Program-made: the position numbers and the translations under genes
NCBI GenBank assembly: GCA_965199495.1
Contig: CBDASK010000003.1
Span: 3,712,001-3,776,000 of the forward strand
Origin: Abditibacterium sp.
Lineage (GTDB): Bacteria; Armatimonadota; Abditibacteriia; Abditibacteriales; Abditibacteriaceae
Direction: 5' to 3'
Length of the DNA stretch: 64,000 nucleotides
In this document: positions 19,983 to 28,757 of the stretch, in pieces
Layout: each line of letters starts with the position of its first letter
How positions within the stretch are numbered: the first letter of the stretch is position 1
The notes under the pieces: generated by a model
What the model was told of the DNA's origin: nothing
The model's database searches: none
Seen by the model: only the letters and a program-made list of their open reading frames with translations

Positions 19983-20408
19983 ATGTTACAATCCATTTTG
20001 AAACTGTTGGGCGGACATTTACTGCAACGCGCGGTCGCGCAGGGTGGCTTGCAAAAGGCTTTCGACTGGCGCCTCGGACTTCACCTCATGCGCGATGGCC
20101 GCGTCCCGGCCAAACACAAGTTGCAGGCGGTTTTTCTCGGCGTTTTGGCGTTAATCGCCCTCGAAGTTTTGGAACTGCCGATTCAAGCCGCGATGTGGGC
20201 ATTCTTACCGCTCATCGGTTTTGCCGCCGACGCCGCCATTGACGGCATCGAATTTTTGGCCGTGCCATTCCTCGTCGCTACCATCTCGCTGCCGTTTCTG
20301 GCCCCGCGCGCCATCGTTGATGGCATTCGCAACGCGCGCAGCGGTAACTATCCTAACACCGACGAATATGGTCGCGTTTATGACGCCGCTTCGTCGAAAG
20401 TCCGCTAA
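19983..20408 (+). CDS. Membrane protein, DUF1232/YkvA-like
   Basis: LMRDGRVPAKHK followed by hydrophobic helices and LPLIG..D; followed by a terminator hairpin at about 20424-20455. Confidence 0.5.
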   Translation: MLQSILKLLGGHLLQRAVAQGGLQKAFDWRLGLHLMRDGRVPAKHKLQAVFLGVLALIALEVLELPIQAAMWAFLPLIGFAADAAIDGIEFLAVPFLVATISLPFLAPRAIVDGIRNARSGNYPNTDEYGRVYDAASSKVR

Positions 20409-20598
20409 ACCCAAATTGAATCGAAAATCCCGCAACGTGAGTTGCGGGATTTTTTGTTTTTATCGCGCCAAAATCCACGGAAATTTCGCTAAAAAAACGC
20501 GCCAAAAACGCAACTTTGCCGCGCCCGATACGTCCTTAATTTAATTCATTGAATACAATGAAAATCCACTGTCGAAAGAGAAAACGACAAAATTAAGG

Positions 20599-21582
20599 AT
20601 GGCAAAAATGAACAAAAAATTAATGCTTCACAGTGGCAGGGCGGCGCTCGAATCGCTGCGAGTTGGTGGACGTGAGTTCGGGGTTGCGCCGCGTTATGGC
20701 ATCGCGCCGGGCGATTGGGTGGGCGCGGTTTGGACGCCCTTGGACTCGATGGGCGCACGTTGGTATTCGGGATTTCGTTGGGGCATCGCGCCCGATTTCT
20801 GGGACGAATCGCACGCCAGTCATCGTTTGCACAGCGCGCGCGCCGAAACGCTGGCGCGCAAAACCGCGTGGCGCGAGAGCTTCAAATTTCGCCGCGCCAT
20901 CGTGCCGGTTGATGGCTTTTGGATGTGGCGCGATGTTGACGGCGAGCGGCGTCCATTTCTGATTCACGACAAAGCGGGCGCACCAATGTATGTAGCGGCA
21001 TTGTGGAATCCCGCTGAGAATCGCGGCGCGGGCGAGTTGGCGATTGTCACGGTTGAGTCGAATCGTTTGGTCGAGCCGCTGGGCGCGCGTATGCCCGCGA
21101 TTTTGCGCGGCGACGAAGTCAACGTCTGGCTCGAACCCGGCATCGTGAGCGAGCGGCCCTTGCAGCGCATTTTGAAAACCTTGCCCGCGCGCGACCTGCG
21201 CGTGCGCGCCACCGACGCCGCAGCTACGGGCACCGAATCGCTACGCGAAGCTGCTGATGCGCGCACGGTGATGACCGATGTTTACGGCGCAGAGTTCGCG
21301 CCCGACAAACCGCGTTTTGCGCACAAACGTCGTCATGTTTTGCGCCAGAGCGAGGTGGGCGGCCACGTCTTTTTCAAGACGCGCTCGTTCACGCGCGACG
21401 ACGCGACGGTGTGGCATCCGGTCGTTGACGTTGAAGAAGGTTACGTTCATTGCGACTGCCCCGATTTCCGCTATCGCCACGCGATGCACGACCCCGACGT
21501 TTCGACGCCGCAATGGTGGTGCAAGCACTTGGCGCGCGCCGTGGCCAACTGCCAACGGCACGGCGAATTGGTCGCGGGGTAA
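20599..21582 (+). CDS. SRAP (YedK/HMCES-like) domain protein lacking catalytic residues, fused to a SWIM zinc finger
   Basis: PRYGIAP, RWGIAP, SARAETL, RRAIVPVDGFWMW, RMPAIL; C-terminal CDCPDF...CKH. Confidence 0.8.
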   Translation: MAKMNKKLMLHSGRAALESLRVGGREFGVAPRYGIAPGDWVGAVWTPLDSMGARWYSGFRWGIAPDFWDESHASHRLHSARAETLARKTAWRESFKFRRAIVPVDGFWMWRDVDGERRPFLIHDKAGAPMYVAALWNPAENRGAGELAIVTVESNRLVEPLGARMPAILRGDEVNVWLEPGIVSERPLQRILKTLPARDLRVRATDAAATGTESLREAADARTVMTDVYGAEFAPDKPRFAHKRRHVLRQSEVGGHVFFKTRSFTRDDATVWHPVVDVEEGYVHCDCPDFRYRHAMHDPDVSTPQWWCKHLARAVANCQRHGELVAG

Positions 21583-21661
21583 AAATGGAAACAAAAAGGT
21601 CTCGAATTGTAACGGCAATTCGAGTCCTTTTTGTTTGCGCAACTGCGGTAAAATTTACGGT

Positions 21662-23449
21662 GTGAAACGTTCTAATCGAGGGCGCAAGTTCTTTTGGTTC
21701 CTCGCACTCTGCGCGGGCATTTGGTTCTTCCGGGGCAAGTTTCGCTCGCACGATCCGCGCTTTCAGAGCATCGCCTCCACGCTCCACGGCGCCCTGCAAA
21801 AGTTCGCGCCGGACACAACGCCGCCAACGGCAGCCACGCCGTCGGGCACGGGCAAAAAATCAGTTGTGCCCGTCTTGCAACCCGCGCCCGATGACGAGGC
21901 ACCGCCCCAACAATCCGCCGCCGTGCCGCCGCCCGCCGACGAAAGCGCGCCCGACCCCAACGCCGAACTGACGCCCTCGAATTTGCCGCTCAAACTGCCC
22001 GGCGCCCCGCGCATCACGACGCGGCGCGATGCGCGAATAAATGAACTCGAAACCAAAAACGCTCGGTTCCCGACTTTCGCGGTCTACGAGCAGTTGGCCA
22101 AACATCATCTCGAACTGGGCAACAGCGCCGAAGCCGCTCGCATTTATCGCGCGGAAGCCGCGCTTTATCGCCGCAAGGGTTTGAGCGATGCCGCGCAAAT
22201 TCTGGAAAACCGCGCTTCGCAAAACGAGACCGTCGCCCGCGTTTTCGTCCAACGCAACGACGCGCTCGCCAATTTTACCGGCGCGCCGCTCGAACCGAAA
22301 ACCGGCGCTTATATCGGCGCGTTCATTGACCGCGACGACGCGTTGCAGGTCATTTTGCCGGGCGATAATTTTCAGGCTCACCGCTTTCCCAGCGAATTCG
22401 AGAGCCGAGTGGGACGCCGTTTGGGCAGCCTTTTTACCTACGTGAAGTGGGGCAATTTTCCACGAAAGTGGTTGCAGATGTGCAAAGAGCAGGGCGTCAT
22501 TCCGCAAATCGCGTGGGAGCCAGACGACTTAAATGACGTGCAGGACGACGCCTATCTGCGCAGTTGCGCGCAGTTCTTGGACGATTTGGATTGGCCGGTC
22601 TGGGTGCGTTTCGCGGGCGAAATGAACGGCGATTGGACGCCGTATCACGGCAATCCGGCGCTCTATAAAGAGAAATTCGCGCTCGTCCATCGCGTTTTGC
22701 ATAGCGGCCCGGCGCGCGTGGCTACTGTTTGGTGCGTCAACTCGATTCCCACGGAGAACATCGAATCGTATTATCCCGGCGACGCCAATTGCGATTGGGT
22801 CGGCGTCAATTTGTATTCGGCGCCGTTCGCCGACAACGACCGCACGCGCGAAGCGTTTCGCCAGTCGCCGCTCGCGCTTCTCGATCCGATTTACCGAAAA
22901 TACAGCGCGCGCAAACCCATCGCGATTTGCGAATATGCCGCCAGCCATCAGGCCAAATTGGATATGCAAATGCGCCCCGACTTCGCCATCGAAAAGATGA
23001 GTTTGCTTTACGGCGCCTTGCCCCTGCTTTATCCGCGCGTAAAAATGATTTCGTGGTTCGACGCCAACAATTTGGTTCACGCCGAACCGGGTCGCCAGTT
23101 GAATAATTATCGTTTGACCGAACTGCCCCTCGTTCAAAATACGTTCCGCGATTTGACGGCCAGCCCGTATTACTTGAAAAAATTTCCGCCAGCCCAAAAA
23201 GACGCGCCGCAGTTGCGCGAGTTGAAAGCGAACGAACCATTAAAGTCGGGCGAACGCGTCTGGCTATGGGTGACGAGCGCTGATGCGCGCCCATTGGTTT
23301 ATGTGCAAGCGAGCGGAAAAGTGATTTATGGCGGCAGACAATACGGCAAACACGTTCTCGATTTGCCCCAGAACGCGGGCCAAACCGTCATTTTGGTTTA
23401 CGATGGGAGCGGACGCTGCGTTTTGCGCCGTGAAATTTCGTCAAAGTAA
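21662..23449 (+). CDS. Membrane-anchored glycoside hydrolase family 26-like protein
   Basis: IAWEP, VRFAGEMNGDW, YYPGD..CDWVGVNLY, KPIAICEYA; likely GTG start 21662 before a TM segment and Pro-rich linker. Confidence 0.8.
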   Translation: MKRSNRGRKFFWFLALCAGIWFFRGKFRSHDPRFQSIASTLHGALQKFAPDTTPPTAATPSGTGKKSVVPVLQPAPDDEAPPQQSAAVPPPADESAPDPNAELTPSNLPLKLPGAPRITTRRDARINELETKNARFPTFAVYEQLAKHHLELGNSAEAARIYRAEAALYRRKGLSDAAQILENRASQNETVARVFVQRNDALANFTGAPLEPKTGAYIGAFIDRDDALQVILPGDNFQAHRFPSEFESRVGRRLGSLFTYVKWGNFPRKWLQMCKEQGVIPQIAWEPDDLNDVQDDAYLRSCAQFLDDLDWPVWVRFAGEMNGDWTPYHGNPALYKEKFALVHRVLHSGPARVATVWCVNSIPTENIESYYPGDANCDWVGVNLYSAPFADNDRTREAFRQSPLALLDPIYRKYSARKPIAICEYAASHQAKLDMQMRPDFAIEKMSLLYGALPLLYPRVKMISWFDANNLVHAEPGRQLNNYRLTELPLVQNTFRDLTASPYYLKKFPPAQKDAPQLRELKANEPLKSGERVWLWVTSADARPLVYVQASGKVIYGGRQYGKHVLDLPQNAGQTVILVYDGSGRCVLRREISSK

Positions 23450-23455
23450 GCGCGA

Positions 23456-23674
23456 CAGATGAGTATGAGTGAAAGATAAATCAGGAGTGAAGTTCTGTTG
23501 AGTCGGCAAACGAGTTTCATCTCGTGCCGCGCGGCGAATTGGGCAAACGACGGCAAAAGCAGAATTTCCAAGACTTTGGACACGATTTTGGTATCAACCG
23601 AAATCGTAGTAATGCGCCGATAAATGTCGATGAAGCCTTTGATAATCCACTCGCCGTCATCAGTAGCCACGGCG
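23456..23674 (-). pseudogene. Decayed 5' fragment of the EcoRV-like restriction endonuclease gene
   Basis: Near-identical to 26925-27138 (VATDDGEWIIKGFID...FAQFAARH), then indels and frameshift. Confidence 0.85.
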
Positions 23675-23698
23675 TAGGCTAATGTTTAATTTCTTGTG

Positions 23699-24127
23699 CT
23701 AATCATTTGGCGGATGCAAGCCGAATCTCGCCAGCACTCGCCGCAAATTGCGCACTCCGAGACGATTTAATTTGAGCGTCGTTACGGTTACGCGACCTAT
23801 AGGAGTCAAAGGGACAACCGTCAATAGATCTTCGCTCCAGTCAAAATGGTCTGCCCAAAGTTGCGTTCGCGGATGAAATAGCAACGCCATCGCTTGAGTA
23901 ACCTCATCGAAGCCTTCAGTTCGGATACCTTTGCTCATGTTGCAACCCGAACAAGAGTAAGCAAGATTCTCCTCGCTTGTCGGGCCACCTTTGGAGAAAG
24001 GAAAGATATGCTCAAAACAAAAAGTTTCTGTCGCGTGGTCGGCGGGACAATAACAGTATTCGCAGCGATAGTTGGCTCTGGCGCGAACCAGTCTTTGCAG
24101 AGCGACGGCAATATATTCGCTGGACAT
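23699..24127 (-). CDS. HNH endonuclease
   Basis: RANYRCEYC, EHIFPFSKGG, NLAYSCSGCN, LFHPRTQLWADHF; start coupled (TGATG) to upstream gene. Confidence 0.88.
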   Translation of the reverse strand: MSSEYIAVALQRLVRARANYRCEYCYCPADHATETFCFEHIFPFSKGGPTSEENLAYSCSGCNMSKGIRTEGFDEVTQAMALLFHPRTQLWADHFDWSEDLLTVVPLTPIGRVTVTTLKLNRLGVRNLRRVLARFGLHPPND

Positions 24128-24507
24128 CAATCTTTTATCAGGCGTGGTTCGGGTGTCGCTCCCATGATTTGGTGCCACAGAGTCTCAAACGGAACAGCGC
24201 GCAACTGCGCCAATTCCAGCACCGCTTCGACGCGTTCTGCATTGAGTTCCTCGCGCGCTTCGATAATCGCCGATAGTTCGGCCCGTTCATCTTCCGACAA
24301 TTTGCCAGCTTCCCACAATGGCGTCAATTGCTGATGGCGCTCAACGCCCGGCATCGGCTGATTGATAATCTTAAACAACGCGGTTTCGCGTGCGCTCAGT
24401 GTGCGCTTTGTGCGGCGCAAGCGTTCCAGTCGAATCGAATCTTCGAGCGATTCGAGTTCGGTCGTCGGATAAGATTTAATCTCTTCGAGAATTTGCGCGG
24501 TAGACAT
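24127..24507 (-). CDS. Small helical protein coupled to the HNH gene (putative antitoxin-like partner)
   Basis: 126-aa ORF whose stop overlaps the HNH start; LSEDERAEL...NAERVEAVLELAQLRAVP. Confidence 0.7.
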   Translation of the reverse strand: MSTAQILEEIKSYPTTELESLEDSIRLERLRRTKRTLSARETALFKIINQPMPGVERHQQLTPLWEAGKLSEDERAELSAIIEAREELNAERVEAVLELAQLRAVPFETLWHQIMGATPEPRLIKD

Positions 24508-24571
24508 GAGTGGAAGTTTGACAGATTAACGGCAAACACGATTTTCGACAACGAAGTTATACTTCCCATCT

Positions 24572-24784
24572 ATGACACGCCCAAACCATCGCTTCATTTA
24601 CGCGATGCCTTCACGCAGTGAAGGCATCGCGCGTCTGATAGATTTCGGCGGAGTTTTGGACGCTTATTCGCCGCCGCGCCGCCAGGCCAAGGGCGCCGTG
24701 GCTATAGCTCAGGCGTGGCAAGTTGTGGGCGGCACGTTGCGTCAGACAACCGAAAGCGAAGCGCCTTCTCGCCATGAATCCTGA
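24572..24784 (+). CDS. Small hypothetical protein or gene remnant
   Basis: 70-aa ORF (PSRSEGIARLIDFGGVLDAY...AWQVVGGTLR) filling the gap between divergent units. Confidence 0.35.
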   Translation: MTRPNHRFIYAMPSRSEGIARLIDFGGVLDAYSPPRRQAKGAVAIAQAWQVVGGTLRQTTESEAPSRHES

Positions 24785-24897
24785 TTCGACGCCGGAACCG
24801 ACTTCCGAAACGCCACCAGAAATCATCCGGCGCGATGAGATTCCTCGGCCCGATTCCAATTGGTGTTAAACAGGGTTGAAACTGTTAAAATAGAAGG

Positions 24898-25125
24898 ATG
24901 CCAATCACCATCGAAATCCCGACCGCAGAAGCAGCTTACGCGGCTTTACAACAATTGCCAGATGAGGAACTGACGCGTTTGCAGCAGATGTTCGTCAAAC
25001 CAAAAATTGACTACGGAGAAAATTACGAGAGCGATTGGAGCGAAGAAGATTTAGAAGACGCCGCGCGCGCGACCGCTTTATTAATAGAGAAACGGTTTGG
25101 CCCCGAAGAGGGCAATTATGATTAA
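24898..25125 (+). CDS. Putative antitoxin
   Basis: Small acidic ORF overlapping the start of a PemK toxin gene. Confidence 0.7.
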   Translation: MPITIEIPTAEAAYAALQQLPDEELTRLQQMFVKPKIDYGENYESDWSEEDLEDAARATALLIEKRFGPEEGNYD

Positions 25126-25444
25126 ACCGGGCGATGTCGTTACCGCTATATTACCGGGCGCTCGCCAGACCAAGCGGCGTCCAGCAATTGTCGTTTCGAC
25201 GCGTAATTATCATCTCGCGCGTCCCGATGTTTTGCTGGCGATTATCACCAGCCGCGTCGAAGATGCCACAACCGAGTTCGATTGCGTATTGTTCGATTGG
25301 GAAGACGCCGGTTTGCAGTTGCCTTCGGCGATGCGGTCGTATTTGTTCACCGTCGAGATCGCCGAAGTGACAAAGCTCGGCACGCTTTCCGAAGCCGATT
25401 GGTCGGAAGTTCAGAAACAATTGCGGTTGGCTTTGGAAATTTGA
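25118..25444 (+). CDS. PemK/MazF family toxin
   Basis: MIKPGDVV...KRRPAIVVS...LAIITS...GLQLPS...LGTLS. Confidence 0.85.
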   Translation: MIKPGDVVTAILPGARQTKRRPAIVVSTRNYHLARPDVLLAIITSRVEDATTEFDCVLFDWEDAGLQLPSAMRSYLFTVEIAEVTKLGTLSEADWSEVQKQLRLALEI

Positions 25445-25446
25445 AA

Positions 25447-26337
25447 TCAAGCGAACAGCGACAACGTTTCGCTCGAAGTCAAATCCTCCGCTTCCATTTG
25501 CGGATCGAAATTAGTAAAGACTGCCTCAATCATCGGGTGGCGCAAATCTTCGCTGGCGCCGACGTGATAATAATGCTCGATTTTGTGGCAATGATAGCCC
25601 AATGATTCCCAATAAAACGCGGTCTCGTTCTCTCGAAATTCGTTGCTGTGCCACGTCGAAAGCGCCCAGCGACACGGCGCTTTTTTGAGCCATTGCGTCA
25701 AATCATCTTCGTCTTCCATTGACCACGAGTTGAAATAATCGGCGTGCCGCCCAAAGTAAGGCGGATCGACATAAACAAAATCGTCTTCGTTTACTATCGC
25801 CAAAGTCGCCAGATAATCGCCCGTCCCGAAATGCCAATCGTTCATGCGCAGCACGTCTTCGACGGCGTTGACTTGATTGACGATTTTGGTGATATAAGCC
25901 GGAGCGAACCGTTCGGGCTTGTGGCAAAATGGCACGTTGAAGCCGCCCTTTTTGTTGAAGCGCATCACGCCATTAAAGCAGGATCGATTGAGAAAGAGAA
26001 AGCTGAGCGAATCGCCGCTTTCGTTGAATCGTGCTCGAACTGCGTTGTAAAAATCTTGGCCGCCCGCCTGGAGCAATGGATGTTGCTCCTCCAAAAACAC
26101 TCGCACTTTATCAGAAGTGATTTCGCCTTCTCGAATCGCTTCATAGAAGCGCATGATGTGCGGATTGGCGTCGCTCAAAACCGCGCGTTTGGGCCGCAAA
26201 TTGAGCGGCACAACTCCTGACCCACAAAACGGTTCTATCCAGCGCCCTTCGATGTCGGCGGGCACAATCTTTTTCAACGTCGGCACCAGCTTGGTTTTGA
26301 TGCCCTGACATTTAATCGGCGGGACAAGCGTCGCCAT
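25447..26337 (-). CDS. Dam/EcoRV-family (D12 class) N6-adenine DNA methyltransferase
   Basis: PPIKCQGIKTKLV, IEPFCGSG, FLNRSCFNGVMRFN, VYVDPPY. Confidence 0.92.
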   Translation of the reverse strand: MATLVPPIKCQGIKTKLVPTLKKIVPADIEGRWIEPFCGSGVVPLNLRPKRAVLSDANPHIMRFYEAIREGEITSDKVRVFLEEQHPLLQAGGQDFYNAVRARFNESGDSLSFLFLNRSCFNGVMRFNKKGGFNVPFCHKPERFAPAYITKIVNQVNAVEDVLRMNDWHFGTGDYLATLAIVNEDDFVYVDPPYFGRHADYFNSWSMEDEDDLTQWLKKAPCRWALSTWHSNEFRENETAFYWESLGYHCHKIEHYYHVGASEDLRHPMIEAVFTNFDPQMEAEDLTSSETLSLFA

Positions 26338-27194
26338 TATTCCACCTCCTCGGCGAGCGGCGCCTCGTCTTCGGCTAATTGGGCGATTTCCTGCGCGTGC
26401 GCTTGCAATACATCAATGCCGCGACTTTTGTATTCGAGGTAATCTTTCAAGTTCGCATAAGGCCGCGCGATTCCGGCTTCGCGCGCCATATCCGCCGTCA
26501 AGTAGAACTTCCAATAATCGTCGTAAACCTCCTCGCCCAAACTGGCGAACGGCCCATTGCCGTTGATCAAATCATCAATTTTATTGACCGAACCGATATT
26601 CTTGGTGTTGCCGCTACCTGGACGCGTCGTGGCGATGCGGAATTTGGGTTGCGCGAAGAAAGTAAAGTCGCGCACAACCGACTGAATCTGCGGCAGTTCA
26701 TCCAAATCGAATTGCCGCAGTTCGCCCTCGAAGTTCTCGCACTTGGAATAAATCACGCCCAACACGAAATGTCCGTCGTAATCGCCGTAAGGATAAAGCG
26801 TGTTCTTGTTGCTCTCGCGCTGCCGAAAATAGCCGGTGAATGCGCCCAAAGTCATGCCGTTAATCGTCGTCGCATTGGCGCGATAAGAGCTTTTGATGTC
26901 AACCGCGAATTTGCGCCCCGTCGGCAGATGAGTAAAAGACAAATCGGGATAGAAGTTCTGCCGAGGCGGCGATTCGAGCTTCATATCGTGCCGCGCGGCG
27001 AATTGTGCAAACGACGGCAAAAGCAAAATCTCCAAAACTTTGGAAACGATTTTGGTATCAACCGAAATCGTAGTAATGCGCCGATAAACGTCGATGAACC
27101 CTTTGATAATCCACTCGCCGTCATCAGTAGCCACGGCGCCCGACAGCGTGGTTGCTTCGGCTTGAAGTAAGGTGAGGAATTCTTCGTCCGTTAT
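26337..27194 (-). CDS. EcoRV-family type II restriction endonuclease
   Basis: DTKIVSKVLE, QNFYPD, AVDIKSSY, TLGAFTGYFR, GSGNTKNIGS match EcoRV hallmarks; the frame stays open upstream of GTG 27134 to an ATA at 27194 that overlaps the upstream TAA. Confidence 0.88.
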   Translation of the reverse strand: MTDEEFLTLLQAEATTLSGAVATDDGEWIIKGFIDVYRRITTISVDTKIVSKVLEILLLPSFAQFAARHDMKLESPPRQNFYPDLSFTHLPTGRKFAVDIKSSYRANATTINGMTLGAFTGYFRQRESNKNTLYPYGDYDGHFVLGVIYSKCENFEGELRQFDLDELPQIQSVVRDFTFFAQPKFRIATTRPGSGNTKNIGSVNKIDDLINGNGPFASLGEEVYDDYWKFYLTADMAREAGIARPYANLKDYLEYKSRGIDVLQAHAQEIAQLAEDEAPLAEEVE

Positions 27195-28669
27195 CCCAAG
27201 CCTTTGTCGCTCAACTTCTCGATAGTGAAATTGTAACCCTTACTTCCGGGCGCGGGCATCGAGTTCATTGTGTTCGCCATATCCTGCAACTTGTCGTCGA
27301 ATTCAGAGCAGAGCAAAATTGCTTCTTCTGGAAATTCTTTTTTATCCATGACAAGGCCATCCCAATACATTTTTAATTGGTAAAGATGTTCGGGTGAACC
27401 TTTGCCAATCTTGATCTCGTAGATGATAATTTGCCCGTCTTTCTTCTTTCGATAAACGTCGATTTTAGTTCCAGAAGGCCAAACGCTAACTTCTTTTGTG
27501 ACCGTCTCGTCTTTGTTTGTGGCTTTTAACATTTTGATCCACTGATCTCGGAGTTCGGCCTCGGAGGCGCTTCTTGGTTCTCTGGGAGGTCGAAATTTAT
27601 TCAATTCCTCGAATATCTTTTCCCAATTGGAATCATCCAAATTGAAGTCAGTTTTGTTGTTGACCGTTGTGAGCAACCCGCGCGGAACTGCTGGAATTAT
27701 AAGCTCTCCAACAAAGTCGTTGTATCCATTGTGCCGCGAAACTTGGGAACCGCTCTTATCCTTCCATATGGTTTCAAATTGCCGAGTAGCGATAGTGCGA
27801 TTTCCCAAGCGAATATCTACACCCTGTGTCGGAATATTGCCTTGATAGTAGAACTTCGCTTTAGATCCACTTACCAGTTCATCTCTTTTCACCGGATCAA
27901 TGGAACCAAATTGGTATTCAAGCGGGTATTCGACGCCATCTAAGACAACAGCAAAATATTTTTTGTCGCTTTTAGCAAATGGAATTTCGATGGTCGGCAC
28001 ATTCTTTTTGGTTTTGCCAACATGAACCGTGATGACGCCTTTGTTGTCTCCGGTTTTTGGATCGACCTGAAGAAAACCGCGATATAGAACTCCCAAATGT
28101 TCTATGAGCCAACTCCGCAGTGCATCCAAATCGGTTGCTTTGGCGCCTCTCCCTTGCAAGGTTTGAATAAAAGAGAGCTTGACGGGAACTCGAATGACAG
28201 TTGAAAAATCAGACGGCAGTAGGTCAAATTCTGGCGCATCGGCATCATCTACGATTTCCATTTTGGGGCGAAACGGCCCTTTCACAGAGCAGTATTTGCC
28301 TTCGCCCGGAACGTGTGTCCACATTTGCCATGCTCCATTGCCGCCAGACAAAGTTGCCAGAGCATTCTTCAATCCAAAACCATGCTCATTGAGTCTATTC
28401 TCCACTGTCGCAGATTCGCCCAGTTGCAAAGCCTTTTGAAGAATCTCAGATGTCATGCCGCGCCCATTGTCGGCAATGATGAGATCAACTAAGCCATCAG
28501 AATTTTTATTTGAGAAAATGATGTCGATTTTGAACTTCTCGCCATCTTTTACAGACGCGATAGAGTTATCAACCAACTCACTAATGCACTGGTGAAACAA
28601 AATGTTCTGTTTTGCAAGACCGCGAAAAGTGCCTTCGTTTGTAATCAGATCAACTGTGATGAGTGCCAT
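27191..28669 (-). CDS. GHKL (MORC/MutL-like) ATPase fused to C-terminal PD-(D/E)XK nuclease-like domain
   Basis: ELVDNS, DNGRGM, HGFGLK; C-terminal IDVY...IYEIK...YQLKMY; visibly lower GC than neighbours. Confidence 0.8.
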   Translation of the reverse strand: MALITVDLITNEGTFRGLAKQNILFHQCISELVDNSIASVKDGEKFKIDIIFSNKNSDGLVDLIIADNGRGMTSEILQKALQLGESATVENRLNEHGFGLKNALATLSGGNGAWQMWTHVPGEGKYCSVKGPFRPKMEIVDDADAPEFDLLPSDFSTVIRVPVKLSFIQTLQGRGAKATDLDALRSWLIEHLGVLYRGFLQVDPKTGDNKGVITVHVGKTKKNVPTIEIPFAKSDKKYFAVVLDGVEYPLEYQFGSIDPVKRDELVSGSKAKFYYQGNIPTQGVDIRLGNRTIATRQFETIWKDKSGSQVSRHNGYNDFVGELIIPAVPRGLLTTVNNKTDFNLDDSNWEKIFEELNKFRPPREPRSASEAELRDQWIKMLKATNKDETVTKEVSVWPSGTKIDVYRKKKDGQIIIYEIKIGKGSPEHLYQLKMYWDGLVMDKKEFPEEAILLCSEFDDKLQDMANTMNSMPAPGSKGYNFTIEKLSDKGLG

Positions 28670-28694
28670 GTTTTGAAAGCTTAATACCTGATCT

Positions 28695-28730
28695 GAAAAG
28701 CGGCGAAGCCAAAAGACTTCGCCGCTTTTC
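28695..28730 (-). terminator. Intrinsic terminator after ppdK
   Basis: GAAAAGCGGCGAAG-ccaaaaga-CTTCGCCGCTTTTC. Confidence 0.7.
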
Positions 28731-28757
28731 AATTACCGTCTATTTTACTACAACTTC

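Noticed and set aside
21278..21661. 128-aa N-terminal extension of the GH26 ORF
   Set aside because: It overlaps the SRAP-SWIM gene and its terminator; GTG 21662 has a -10 box and precedes the membrane anchor.
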